From Elusimicrobiota bacterium (GTDB lineage Bacteria > Elusimicrobiota > Elusimicrobia > F11), in assembly GCA_046153645.1 (NCBI GenBank), contig JBJXGI010000033.1, positions 1 through 14,447 on the forward strand: a stretch of DNA of 14,447 nt, in the 5' to 3' direction. Below, piece after piece: positions 1-8,349 of this stretch. The stretch's first letter is position 1; the number at the start of each line of letters is the position of its first letter. Position numbers and translations under genes: made by a program. Below the pieces are notes generated by a model, which searched no databases, was not told the DNA's origin, and saw only the letters and a program-made list of their open reading frames with translations.

Positions 1-165
1 GGTCCACTGTTCGAGAATTTTATCGATATTATTAATGGCAATCTTGTAGAAATCTTGGGGAGAGAAGGCATGTCCTGTTTCAATTCGTTCTTTTACAGAA
101 ACTTGACGCTCAACTCTGTATTCAGAAAGAACCTTAGACCATTGATTAAAATACTTATCATTCAT
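1..165 (-). CDS. Hypothetical protein, N-terminal part only (runs off the left edge of the window)
   Basis: Not in the ORF track; translated by hand. The ATG at 165-163 lies 4 nt after the stop of the upstream gene. The frame is open for 55 codons to position 1: MNDKYFNQWSKVLSEYRVERQVSVKERIETGHAFSPQDFYKIAINNIDKILEQWT. No family recognised. Confidence 0.6.
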   Translation of the reverse strand, partial: MNDKYFNQWSKVLSEYRVERQVSVKERIETGHAFSPQDFYKIAINNIDKILEQWT

Positions 166-169
166 ATGG

Positions 170-907
170 TTAAAATTTTACCCCAAGTCCTAAATGATAC
201 ATTGTCTCCGCATTCGCAAGGCCGGCACCCAAAGAAAGATAAGTAAATGGAATAAAACTTAAATTCACACCCACTTCTGCGCGATACCCTTCTGATTCAC
301 CTTTTAGTGATCTTGAAACCGAGGCGGGCGCGCTTTGAAACGCTTGAGCCGTAGGTTCAAGCGAAGTTTTATCATAGCCAGCACCAATATAGGGGTGAAC
401 AAAAGGGACATCAAAAGAAAGAACCACATTCCCAGAATATGATTTAACATCAATATAATCGTGAGATAATTGATTATATAAACCAGAAACAGATAAACTG
501 GGCAAACCTGGAATAGCTGATTTTATAATTCCAAATCGAAGACCACCACCCAATAAAGTCCCATCGTAAATTTTTCCAGTACGAGCAATGAGATTGATTC
601 TTCCTGGTAAACCATATTCCAATTGACCAAAAGCACCAAAGAGGGCTGATTCATCATCAGTTAAGATCACATTTTCCTTTTTTAATTTAACAACAGGAAC
701 ATGAACGCCGAAATCAACCCCCAGAGGAAACCCAAGTGATTTACCTTGATGAAAACTACCGCCACCCATGACAGCCCCTAAATCTTTGGTTAAAGAGTCT
801 AAGGGAACTTGAGTTAAGTTGGCAACAAAATTATTTTTTAGTTCATCAGCTTTTACATGAGAAGAAACGAAGAGAAATAGACCCATCAATATAAACTTTT
901 TTATCAT
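170..907 (-). CDS. Secreted putative outer-membrane beta-barrel protein (possibly DUF6588-like)
   Basis: Sec signal peptide (MIKKFILMGLFLFVSSHVKA, ending V-K-A). Gly/aromatic-rich amphipathic strands (HPYIGAGYD, YRAEVGVNLSF). C-terminal ...YHLGLGVKF with terminal Phe, typical of a BAM beta-signal. GGAGG SD at 918-914. The DUF name is tentative. Confidence 0.7.
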   Translation of the reverse strand: MIKKFILMGLFLFVSSHVKADELKNNFVANLTQVPLDSLTKDLGAVMGGGSFHQGKSLGFPLGVDFGVHVPVVKLKKENVILTDDESALFGAFGQLEYGLPGRINLIARTGKIYDGTLLGGGLRFGIIKSAIPGLPSLSVSGLYNQLSHDYIDVKSYSGNVVLSFDVPFVHPYIGAGYDKTSLEPTAQAFQSAPASVSRSLKGESEGYRAEVGVNLSFIPFTYLSLGAGLANAETMYHLGLGVKF

Positions 908-913
908 TTGTTG

Positions 914-918
914 CCTCC
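914..918 (-). promoter_or_regulatory. Shine-Dalgarno site (GGAGG) for the beta-barrel gene
   Basis: CCTCC on the + strand at 914-918, 6 nt upstream of the ATG at 907. Confidence 0.8.
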
Positions 919-934
919 AAAATAAGTTAAACCT

Positions 935-963
935 AGTTTAATATGGAAACTCTAAGAATTCAA
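935..963 (-). promoter_or_regulatory. Putative internal sigma70-type promoter TTGAAT-N17-TAAACT
   Basis: On the minus strand, TTGAAT at 963-958 is followed by a 17-nt spacer and TAAACT at 940-935. It sits in the largest (56-nt) gap of the gene run. Confidence 0.5.
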
Positions 964-1749
964 TTAATGAGTTGAATTTTCTAAGTCTTTCCATATTTCA
1001 TAAAGTCCCGAATGAGTCAGATGAGGATAGTAGTGGTTTACAATGTTCAGTCCATTGAGAATCCACTTGGCTTGTCCTCCAGTAGAGAAAACCATACAAG
1101 ACTGCCCCATCTTTTGTTTTAAATTAAGAACAATCTCTTTAACCAGTCCACGATAACCAAAATACAGGCCCGCCTGAATGGATTCTAGCGTATTTCTACC
1201 CATTATATGGGCGGGTTCTTTTAATACAACCAACGGAAGTTTAGCTGTTTTATTATAAAGAGCCTCAGCAGATATGACAGGTCCTGGCGCAATCACACCG
1301 CCTAAATATTCGGCTTTTTCATTCACACAATCAAAGGTCGTGGCCGTTCCAAAATCAATAATAATTGCCGGCTTATTTGTGATTGTCATTGCCGCTCGCG
1401 CATTAACAATTCGATCGGCGCCAACTTCTGAAGGGGTTTTATATTTTACTTTTACTTTCATGGGGGACTTGGCGGTGACAAAATAAGGTTTAACCCCAAG
1501 CCATGAAGTAAGATTTTTTAATAAAGAAGAGTCTACCGCTGGAACAACACTTGATATAACAACGTGCTCAAGTTTCTGTGGAATATTTTTTTTGATCCAG
1601 CTAGAAAAATGGGGGGAATGAATATCATGCGTTGTTACTGTTTTAATATGGTGAGGAGAAGCTAATTTATTGTTTTTTTTAAGTTTAAAAAACCCAAAAG
1701 AAGTAGATGTATTTCCTACGTCAACAGTGAGAAGCTTAAAATGAGGCAT
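964..1749 (-). CDS. coaX: Type III pantothenate kinase
   Basis: Motifs VDVGNT, ISSVVP, EVGADRIVN, IIIDFGTATTFD and YLGGVIAPG; 261 aa. Confidence 0.95.
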   Translation of the reverse strand: MPHFKLLTVDVGNTSTSFGFFKLKKNNKLASPHHIKTVTTHDIHSPHFSSWIKKNIPQKLEHVVISSVVPAVDSSLLKNLTSWLGVKPYFVTAKSPMKVKVKYKTPSEVGADRIVNARAAMTITNKPAIIIDFGTATTFDCVNEKAEYLGGVIAPGPVISAEALYNKTAKLPLVVLKEPAHIMGRNTLESIQAGLYFGYRGLVKEIVLNLKQKMGQSCMVFSTGGQAKWILNGLNIVNHYYPHLTHSGLYEIWKDLENSTH

Positions 1750-1755
1750 ACTATT

Positions 1756-3876
1756 TTAAGGTGCGACCGTAGACATTCCCTGGAGTTTTGAAAAGTCAAT
1801 CAGGCCATCAAATAATTCTTCAACACCTTGTAAGAGGGCAAGCCTTGCCTCTCGTAAATTTATATCGTCAGTCATAACCATGACCTTATTGAAAAATTCA
1901 TCGACGGGATTTCGAAGAGTAACAAGCGAGAGAAAAGCCTCTTTGTATTGAGATGATGCAATAAACCCCTCCACTTGGGGTCGAATTGTTTCAATGACGG
2001 AAAACAATTTTTTCTCTGATTCATCTTGTAGGAGACCAGCATCCATGAGCTTTGATTTCGGTGCCATTCCTTTCTCTTTTGCTTGTTTAAGAATATTTTT
2101 AGCCCGTTTAATGGCAACAGTCAATGAATCAAATTGCTCTTTTTTTCTGATTTCTTGTAATGCCAGGAGTGTTTCACTCATCAAAATTAAACTTTTATCT
2201 CTTTTGACGAGAACAGCATCCACTTCGTCTGGACGATATCCAGCATTTAAAAAGAATTGTTGAGTCCTCTGTATAAGAAAAGTTTCTAATACATGAAGCG
2301 CTTTGGGGTCTTTATTGGGAATTTTATTAAGTTCAGCAAAAGCCAAATCTAATAGTTCTCGAATAGAAATTTTAAATTTGTTCTCAATTAAAATTCTAAT
2401 AATTCCTGTTCCCAATCGACGCAATCCGTAGGGATCTGCGGACCCTGTTGGCATAATACCAACAGAAAAGTTTGCGCCTAAAGTGTCAATTTTATCAGCC
2501 AAAGATAATAAAATGGCTGGCATCGATTCTGGTAAATTACTTTCAGCTGTAATGGGCCAATAATGTTGTTCAATGGCGGTGGCCACCTCATCGGATTCTT
2601 TGCCAGTCATATAAAACCGACCAGCAATTCCCTGCAGCTCAGGGAATTCGCCTACAATCAAAGTAAGAAGGTCTGCTTTGGCTATCTGCGCAGTCCTGAA
2701 TGATTGACGGATGATTTTAGGATCAATATGCAAATGATTCCCGAGGATTTCAACGAGTGATTTCACTCGTTCAGTTTTGTCCCAGAGTGAACCGAGTTTA
2801 GGATGAAAACCAACACCTTTTAATTTTTCAGAAAGATCATCAAAAGAAAGTTTTGAATCATGCTGAAAGAAAAAATTGGCATCAGAAAGTCTCGCATTAA
2901 TAACTCTTTCATATCCTTCTCTAACATTTTCTTGTGCGTCAGAAGGGCCGTTTCGAACCCCCACAAACATGTTCATTAGCTGACCTTTAGAATTGGCTAA
3001 GGGGAAAAACTTTTGATGTTTTTTAAGAACACTAACGAGAATTTCTTTGGGTAACATCAAATATTTGTCTGGAATATGACCCAATATGCTTGAAGGATAT
3101 TCATTTAAATGGACAACTTCATTAAGGTGTTCGTCTGTAACAAGTGGTTGCGCTTTAATTTTTTTGGCTATGGTTTCAATTTGAGTTTTGATGTTTTTTC
3201 TGCGTTCTTCAGGATCGATTAAAATACAGCGACCTTGTAAAAGCGATTTAAATTTCTCTGGCTTTGCGATTGGAATTTTGAGCCCTCCTAATGATAAAAG
3301 GCCTATACTTGTACGGTCAGATGTTACACCAGCAATAGTGAATCGAATGACGCTTGTCCCAAAAAGAGCGACAAACCAGCGGATGGGGCGAGCGAATTTA
3401 AATTGTGATTCTTCCCAAATCATCGTTTTGGGAAAGACCAATGACTTAATTATTTGTGGAAACAAGTCTTTTAAAAGGATTTCAGTTTTTTGCCCTTTAA
3501 TGGCATGGATAACGCAATAGCGTTCACCTTTGGGTGTATTCTGTAAAATAAGTTTTTCAGGAGATACTTTTTGAGCCTTTGCAAAACCTATCGCCGCAGG
3601 CAGCCAATGGCCCTCAGTATTTTTTGCCGAAGCAGGAGGGGGACCGATGGCCAAATCCGTTCGATCCTTGGCTTTTACACTAAGCCCTTCTATAAACAAA
3701 ACCAGTCTTCTGGGGGTCCCCCAAACTTGAAGAGATTTATAATCTAATCCCGATTCAGTAAAAGTATTTTTGGCGATTTCTGATAATTGGAGATGTGTTG
3801 GTGTGGCAAATCTTGCCGGCAACTCTTCCATTCCAATTTCTAATAACGCATTTTTTCCCAGTAGTTCTTTTTTCAT
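1756..3876 (-). CDS. glyS: Glycine--tRNA ligase beta subunit
   Basis: Motifs LLEIGMEELP, TPRRL, FARPIRW, ARLSDANFF, GEFPELQG, TGSADPYGLRR and a C-terminal DALR-like VDEFFNKVMVM; directly follows glyQ. Confidence 0.97.
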   Translation of the reverse strand: MKKELLGKNALLEIGMEELPARFATPTHLQLSEIAKNTFTESGLDYKSLQVWGTPRRLVLFIEGLSVKAKDRTDLAIGPPPASAKNTEGHWLPAAIGFAKAQKVSPEKLILQNTPKGERYCVIHAIKGQKTEILLKDLFPQIIKSLVFPKTMIWEESQFKFARPIRWFVALFGTSVIRFTIAGVTSDRTSIGLLSLGGLKIPIAKPEKFKSLLQGRCILIDPEERRKNIKTQIETIAKKIKAQPLVTDEHLNEVVHLNEYPSSILGHIPDKYLMLPKEILVSVLKKHQKFFPLANSKGQLMNMFVGVRNGPSDAQENVREGYERVINARLSDANFFFQHDSKLSFDDLSEKLKGVGFHPKLGSLWDKTERVKSLVEILGNHLHIDPKIIRQSFRTAQIAKADLLTLIVGEFPELQGIAGRFYMTGKESDEVATAIEQHYWPITAESNLPESMPAILLSLADKIDTLGANFSVGIMPTGSADPYGLRRLGTGIIRILIENKFKISIRELLDLAFAELNKIPNKDPKALHVLETFLIQRTQQFFLNAGYRPDEVDAVLVKRDKSLILMSETLLALQEIRKKEQFDSLTVAIKRAKNILKQAKEKGMAPKSKLMDAGLLQDESEKKLFSVIETIRPQVEGFIASSQYKEAFLSLVTLRNPVDEFFNKVMVMTDDINLREARLALLQGVEELFDGLIDFSKLQGMSTVAP

Positions 3877-3880
3877 GAGC

Positions 3881-4735
3881 TTATATTTTGAGCAAAACAG
3901 GTTCCTTTAAATATGTCTCTGCAACTCTTCTTGCGAGATTTCTAATTCTTCCAATAAAGCCTGTTCTTTCAGAAACTGAGATCGCTCCCCGCGCATCTAA
4001 CAAATTAAATAGATGGGAACATTTCATAGTGGCATCGTAGGCTGGAAGAGGCAAGTTTTCATTGAGAAGCTTATTGGCTAAGGCTTCATAATCTGTAAAG
4101 TGACGTCGTAATACCTCAGGTTCGCTCATGGAAAAATTAAAATGAGAAAATTGGCGTTCGTCTTCTTTATGAACTTGTCCATAAGTGACACCTTTGGACC
4201 ACTCAACGTCATAGACGCTATTTTTCTTTTGAGAAAACATGGCCAGTCGTTCTAAGCCATAAGTAATTTCAACAGGAATGGGGTTTAAATCAATACTCCC
4301 AATTTGCTGAAAATAGGTGAATTGGGTAATTTCCATGGAATCTAACCAGACTTCCCACCCAAGCCCCCACGCACCCAAAGTGGGAGATTCCCAATCATCT
4401 TCAACAAAACGAATATCATGTTTTTTCGCATTAATCCCAATGGCAGAAAGAGATTCTAAATATAACTTTTGAATGTCACTCGGAGCTGGTTTCATCATGA
4501 CTTGAAATTGATAATAACGTTGCAGTCTATTGGGGTTGTCGCCATAGCGGCCATCCGTGGGGCGCCTCGAAGGTTCAACATAGGCCGTCGCCCAGGGTTG
4601 AGGACCAAGAGATCGAAGAAAAGTAGAGGGATTAAATGTTCCCGCTCCTTTTTCCAAATCCCAAGGTTGAAATATAAGGCAACCGCGTTTTGCCCAAAAT
4701 TTTTCTAAGGAAAATATAATTTCTTGAAAATTCAT
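3881..4735 (-). CDS. glyQ: Glycine--tRNA ligase alpha subunit
   Basis: Motifs [60 protein letters not shown] and [15 protein letters not shown]. Confidence 0.98.
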   Translation of the reverse strand: MNFQEIIFSLEKFWAKRGCLIFQPWDLEKGAGTFNPSTFLRSLGPQPWATAYVEPSRRPTDGRYGDNPNRLQRYYQFQVMMKPAPSDIQKLYLESLSAIGINAKKHDIRFVEDDWESPTLGAWGLGWEVWLDSMEITQFTYFQQIGSIDLNPIPVEITYGLERLAMFSQKKNSVYDVEWSKGVTYGQVHKEDERQFSHFNFSMSEPEVLRRHFTDYEALANKLLNENLPLPAYDATMKCSHLFNLLDARGAISVSERTGFIGRIRNLARRVAETYLKEPVLLKI

Positions 4736-4736
4736 A

Positions 4737-5396
4737 TTAGTGAGTTAAACCTAGTAATAAGCCATTTGATTTTAGTTTCCACGGGTGGATTTCCATTAAT
4801 TTTTCTTCTAAAAAATGAGTCAATTGATCGATAACAGGAGAAACAAATTCAGCCTGTCCCCAATCTTTATTTTCAAATTCCAAATGAAAGTGTGATTCCC
4901 ATCTTTCTTTTTCTTGAGGAGGACAAAGATCCATAAGATTTGATGTCAAATCTCCGTGACCTAAAACCCACAAAAAACGTCTTAAGAAAAGAACCCAAAG
5001 AAACCGGGGTTGTGAATGAGGAATAACCCGTAAAACAGTGCGTAGAATATCAAAAACATCAGGGCTTGGGGCACGAAAAGGGAGTAAATTGTTAATCACT
5101 TCGCAGCACTGTGAAGCAATTCCATAGGCCAATAAATGATTTCTTAAGCCCTGATGCGAATCAATGACTTTTCCTGAAATAAGACGACCGTAATAAGCAT
5201 GTTCAGGCATCGCGAAATAAAAATCGGCTTCGACAAATGGTTCTTGGACGGATCTTAGTTTTGAAAAGAGTCTGCGAGAAAGTTTGGCATTGAGCAACAG
5301 GCGCCCCCATTCTTTTGTAAAAACAATGAGTCTGTCATCAGACTCTAAATGTTTTTCACGTTTGATGACAATGCCAGCACTTGTATAGGTTTTCAT
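4737..5396 (-). CDS. recO: DNA repair protein RecO
   Basis: N-terminal OB-fold pattern GIVIKR...[16 protein letters not shown]...SKL...EPF; conserved position between ybeY and glyQ. The C-terminal half is divergent. Confidence 0.85.
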   Translation of the reverse strand: MKTYTSAGIVIKREKHLESDDRLIVFTKEWGRLLLNAKLSRRLFSKLRSVQEPFVEADFYFAMPEHAYYGRLISGKVIDSHQGLRNHLLAYGIASQCCEVINNLLPFRAPSPDVFDILRTVLRVIPHSQPRFLWVLFLRRFLWVLGHGDLTSNLMDLCPPQEKERWESHFHLEFENKDWGQAEFVSPVIDQLTHFLEEKLMEIHPWKLKSNGLLLGLTH

Positions 5397-5839
5397 TTTT
5401 TATTGTTAAACAGTTTACTAACAATCAGTTCTTGTCGAGCCCACATTTTTTCATAATCTTTTTTTTTGTGATCATCATAACCAAGAAGGTGTAGTGTTCC
5501 ATGGACAATAAGTCTAACGAGTTCCTTTTTGATTGATTGAGAATATTCCTTTGCATTTAAGGTCGCTTCTTGAACACAAATATAAATATCACCGAAGACT
5601 TGGTCTGTTATATTTTTTTGTATTTCATATGGAAACGCAATGACATCGGTGCTATTTTTCTCATTTAAAAATTCCATATTAATTTTTTTAATATTTTTTT
5701 TATCGACGAAAATAATGTTTAAATCGCCAGTTAATTTTTTCTTTTCTATTTTAAAAATAATTGAAATGGTTTTTTTAATGAAATTGAGAGAGGGAAAGCT
5801 CACCTTTGGAAATATTCCAACAAATGATCTGGAAATCAT
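5393..5839 (-). CDS. ybeY: rRNA maturation endoribonuclease YbeY
   Basis: Motifs STDVIAFP, FGDIYIC and LIVHGTLHLLGYDDH; located in a phoH cluster. Confidence 0.95.
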   Translation of the reverse strand: MISRSFVGIFPKVSFPSLNFIKKTISIIFKIEKKKLTGDLNIIFVDKKNIKKINMEFLNEKNSTDVIAFPYEIQKNITDQVFGDIYICVQEATLNAKEYSQSIKKELVRLIVHGTLHLLGYDDHKKKDYEKMWARQELIVSKLFNNKK

Positions 5840-7377
5840 TAGGAAAGAGGAAAGTTGTCTTCAGGATTTTTATTTTCTTTAGACGCCTTTGCTTCAGGGT
5901 AGGCAATTCGAGAATGATGTATAGAAGAAAGCGTCGAGGTAAATCGTTCTGCAATAATTTTTAAGTCTCGTAAGGTTAAGGGAGTGTCGCTTAATTGGCC
6001 ATCGGCTAACTTTCGATTAATGAGCTTAGAAACTAAATCTTTATATCTTTGATGATTGGGTTCTTCTAACGTTCTGCTGGCAGCCTCGACAGAATCAGCG
6101 AGCATGACAATGGCTGTTTCTTTTGAGTGTGGACGAGGACCTGGGTAGCGATAAGATTCTTCTTTTATTTCTTCTCTTTCATCATCTTCTTCTTGGGCTT
6201 CTAGGTTTAATGCTTTTAAGTAAAAGTATTCAATTTTCGATGTCCCATGATGCATGGGAATAAAATCGATAATTTGCGGATCAAGGTTGTATTCTTTAGC
6301 GATGGCCAACCCTTCTTTAATGTGTGAAGTAATAACAAGACGTGACAAACTCGGGCTCACTTGATCATGAGGGTTTCCCAGGGCTCCTTGATTTTCAATG
6401 AAGTATTCAGGTTTAACCATTTTTCCAATATCATGAAAATAAGCGCCAACGCGGCATAAAAGTCCGTTAGCGCCAATAGCATGAGCGGCATCTTCCGCCA
6501 ATGAAGCCATAATTAATGAGTGATGATAGGTTCCTGGCGCCTCTAAACTCATTTTTTTTAATAAGGGATGATTGCCTGAGGCTAATTCAACTAATCTTAA
6601 GTTAGAAATGCGTGAGAAAAAAGATTCTAGAAACGGTAAAAAACCTAATCCTAAAACACTCGCTATGATTCCTGATAAAAAAGAGGCTCCCATAGTTTCA
6701 ATAAAATGTTTTTTACTCCAACCTAAAATAATTCCCAAAAATATGACAATGAGAACTTGAACCACTCCAGTAATAATTCCTGCCTGGGCTACCTGATTGG
6801 CGGATTTGGCTTTTGAGGCGGCAGCAACCATTGTTACTCCGCCAAAAGCGCCAACCATCACAATAGAAAGGGAAAACTGATTTGCAATACCGAAAATAAG
6901 AGAGATAACAAATGATAAAACGATCGCCAATCTTTGGTTGAGTAGTAAACATATAATTAAAGGGGCCAATGAAATGGGAGTTAAATAAGGAGAAAGATGG
7001 AACACTTTTTTAGGAAAATGAGCAAAAACTTCAATCAAAATAAGAGTAAACAAAAACACAACGCCCAATAATGCAATAGCGTCATCATTATCAACCAATG
7101 TTTTTTGATCTCGATGAAGATAAACGCTGAAAAGAACACTGACAATAAGAACAAATAAAGCCAAAACCAATGATTGTGCTACATTAAATTCTCCACCTAA
7201 AAATAAAGCGACATAAAGTAAGATAGATGAGACAAGTCCGACAACCCAGGTGGGGAAATGAAATTCAGAGCGGTACCAGGAATTTTTTTTAGAGCGGGGG
7301 GAGGCCTCTTCCCATTGATTCAGTTTTTCTAGAAGGCCAGTAAGGGTTGTCTTAAGAAATTCAACAACTATTCTCAT
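5839..7377 (-). CDS. Membrane-bound HD/HDIG phosphohydrolase, 7TM-HD family (PgpH/YqfF-like, candidate c-di-AMP phosphodiesterase)
   Basis: Multiple hydrophobic helices followed by EAPGTYHHS, GAYFHDIGK, PEYFIENQ, HHGTS, YRYPGPRP and MLADSVEAASR. It lies between phoH and ybeY, as pgpH/yqfF does in Bacillota. Confidence 0.88.
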   Translation of the reverse strand: MRIVVEFLKTTLTGLLEKLNQWEEASPRSKKNSWYRSEFHFPTWVVGLVSSILLYVALFLGGEFNVAQSLVLALFVLIVSVLFSVYLHRDQKTLVDNDDAIALLGVVFLFTLILIEVFAHFPKKVFHLSPYLTPISLAPLIICLLLNQRLAIVLSFVISLIFGIANQFSLSIVMVGAFGGVTMVAAASKAKSANQVAQAGIITGVVQVLIVIFLGIILGWSKKHFIETMGASFLSGIIASVLGLGFLPFLESFFSRISNLRLVELASGNHPLLKKMSLEAPGTYHHSLIMASLAEDAAHAIGANGLLCRVGAYFHDIGKMVKPEYFIENQGALGNPHDQVSPSLSRLVITSHIKEGLAIAKEYNLDPQIIDFIPMHHGTSKIEYFYLKALNLEAQEEDDEREEIKEESYRYPGPRPHSKETAIVMLADSVEAASRTLEEPNHQRYKDLVSKLINRKLADGQLSDTPLTLRDLKIIAERFTSTLSSIHHSRIAYPEAKASKENKNPEDNFPLS

Positions 7378-8349
7378 TTAAGATAAAGAATCTGATTGTT
7401 GTTTTTTCTCATAAACGTCATAGGCGGCAATGATCTTCTTTACTAATTCGTGCCGGACAACATCTTCTCCTGTAAAACGAATAAACTTAATTCCTTCTAT
7501 TCCAGATAAAATACTTTCAACTTTAATTAAACCAGAACGTTTTTTATTTTCCAAATCAATTTGAGACATATCACCATTAATAATGACTTTTGATTTATTG
7601 CCCATTCGGGTTAAGAACATTTTCATTTGTTCTGGTGTTGTATTTTGAGCCTCATCAAGAATAATGACAGCATCATCTAAGGTCCTTCCACGCATATAAG
7701 CCAGAGGAACAATTTCGATAATTTCATCTTCTTTCATGAGCCTAAAACGATCGGGCCCTACAATGGTAAAAAACGCGTCATAAAGAGGTCTTAAATAGGG
7801 GTGAACTTTTTCAAAAAAATCGCCTGGTAAAAACCCCAATTTTTCACCGGCTTCTACAATGGGTCGGGTTAAAACGACTTTGTTAAATCGCCCAGATTGA
7901 AGTTCCGCGATTGCATAAGCCACCGCTAAAAATGTTTTTCCCGTTCCCGCCGGGCCTATGCCAATAACCATGTCAAAATCTCTCATCGCTTTAAGATATT
8001 CTTTTTGGGTGGATGTTCGTGGAGAAATGGCCGTGCCGTTAACTGATCGAACAATTACTTCTTTTTTCGATGAATCATTAATAGAAGCTTCAAAAGATTC
8101 AGTCAATGTTTTTGAAGAAGCCAATGCGGGGCTTTGTCGGCGTAGTTCTAAGGCTAAAATGGCTTTGTCAACATCTGGCGCACGCCCTCGAACGGCTAAA
8201 GTTAACCCCTCTCCGCTGGGCATAGTGGAAGGACGAACAAAAAATTGAACATGATGTCGGCGTTCTAATTCTCTTAGGTTTTGGTCATTTTGACCAAAAA
8301 GACTAAGCGCTTCTTCTTGGTTGTTGAGGTGAATTCGTTTTGTTGTCAT
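7378..8349 (-). CDS. phoH: PhoH-family ATPase (PhoH/YbeZ)
   Basis: Walker A GPAGTGKT, plus RPIVEAGEKLGFLPGD, PYLRPLYD, PLAYMRGRTL, ILDEAQN and DVVRH. Confidence 0.96.
   Translation of the reverse strand: MTTKRIHLNNQEEALSLFGQNDQNLRELERRHHVQFFVRPSTMPSGEGLTLAVRGRAPDVDKAILALELRRQSPALASSKTLTESFEASINDSSKKEVIVRSVNGTAISPRTSTQKEYLKAMRDFDMVIGIGPAGTGKTFLAVAYAIAELQSGRFNKVVLTRPIVEAGEKLGFLPGDFFEKVHPYLRPLYDAFFTIVGPDRFRLMKEDEIIEIVPLAYMRGRTLDDAVIILDEAQNTTPEQMKMFLTRMGNKSKVIINGDMSQIDLENKKRSGLIKVESILSGIEGIKFIRFTGEDVVRHELVKKIIAAYDVYEKKQQSDSLS

Noticed and set aside
925..4755. The same 13-mer, AGTTAAACCTAGT, occurs at 925-937 and at 4743-4755, each shortly upstream of a start codon
   Set aside because: A rough estimate gives a few chance 13-mer matches in 14 kb of AT-rich DNA. 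The second copy lies in recO coding sequence and lacks the full palindrome.
5459..5467. T9 homopolymer in ybeY, and similar A/T runs elsewhere, as phase-variation tracts
   Set aside because: They encode Lys runs in an AT-rich genome, the frames are intact, and the genes are housekeeping.
6155..6205. Purine-rich low-complexity stretch (EAQEEDDEREEIKEE) in the HD protein
   Set aside because: It is an acidic variable loop ahead of the conserved YRYPGP motif, not a DNA repeat element.
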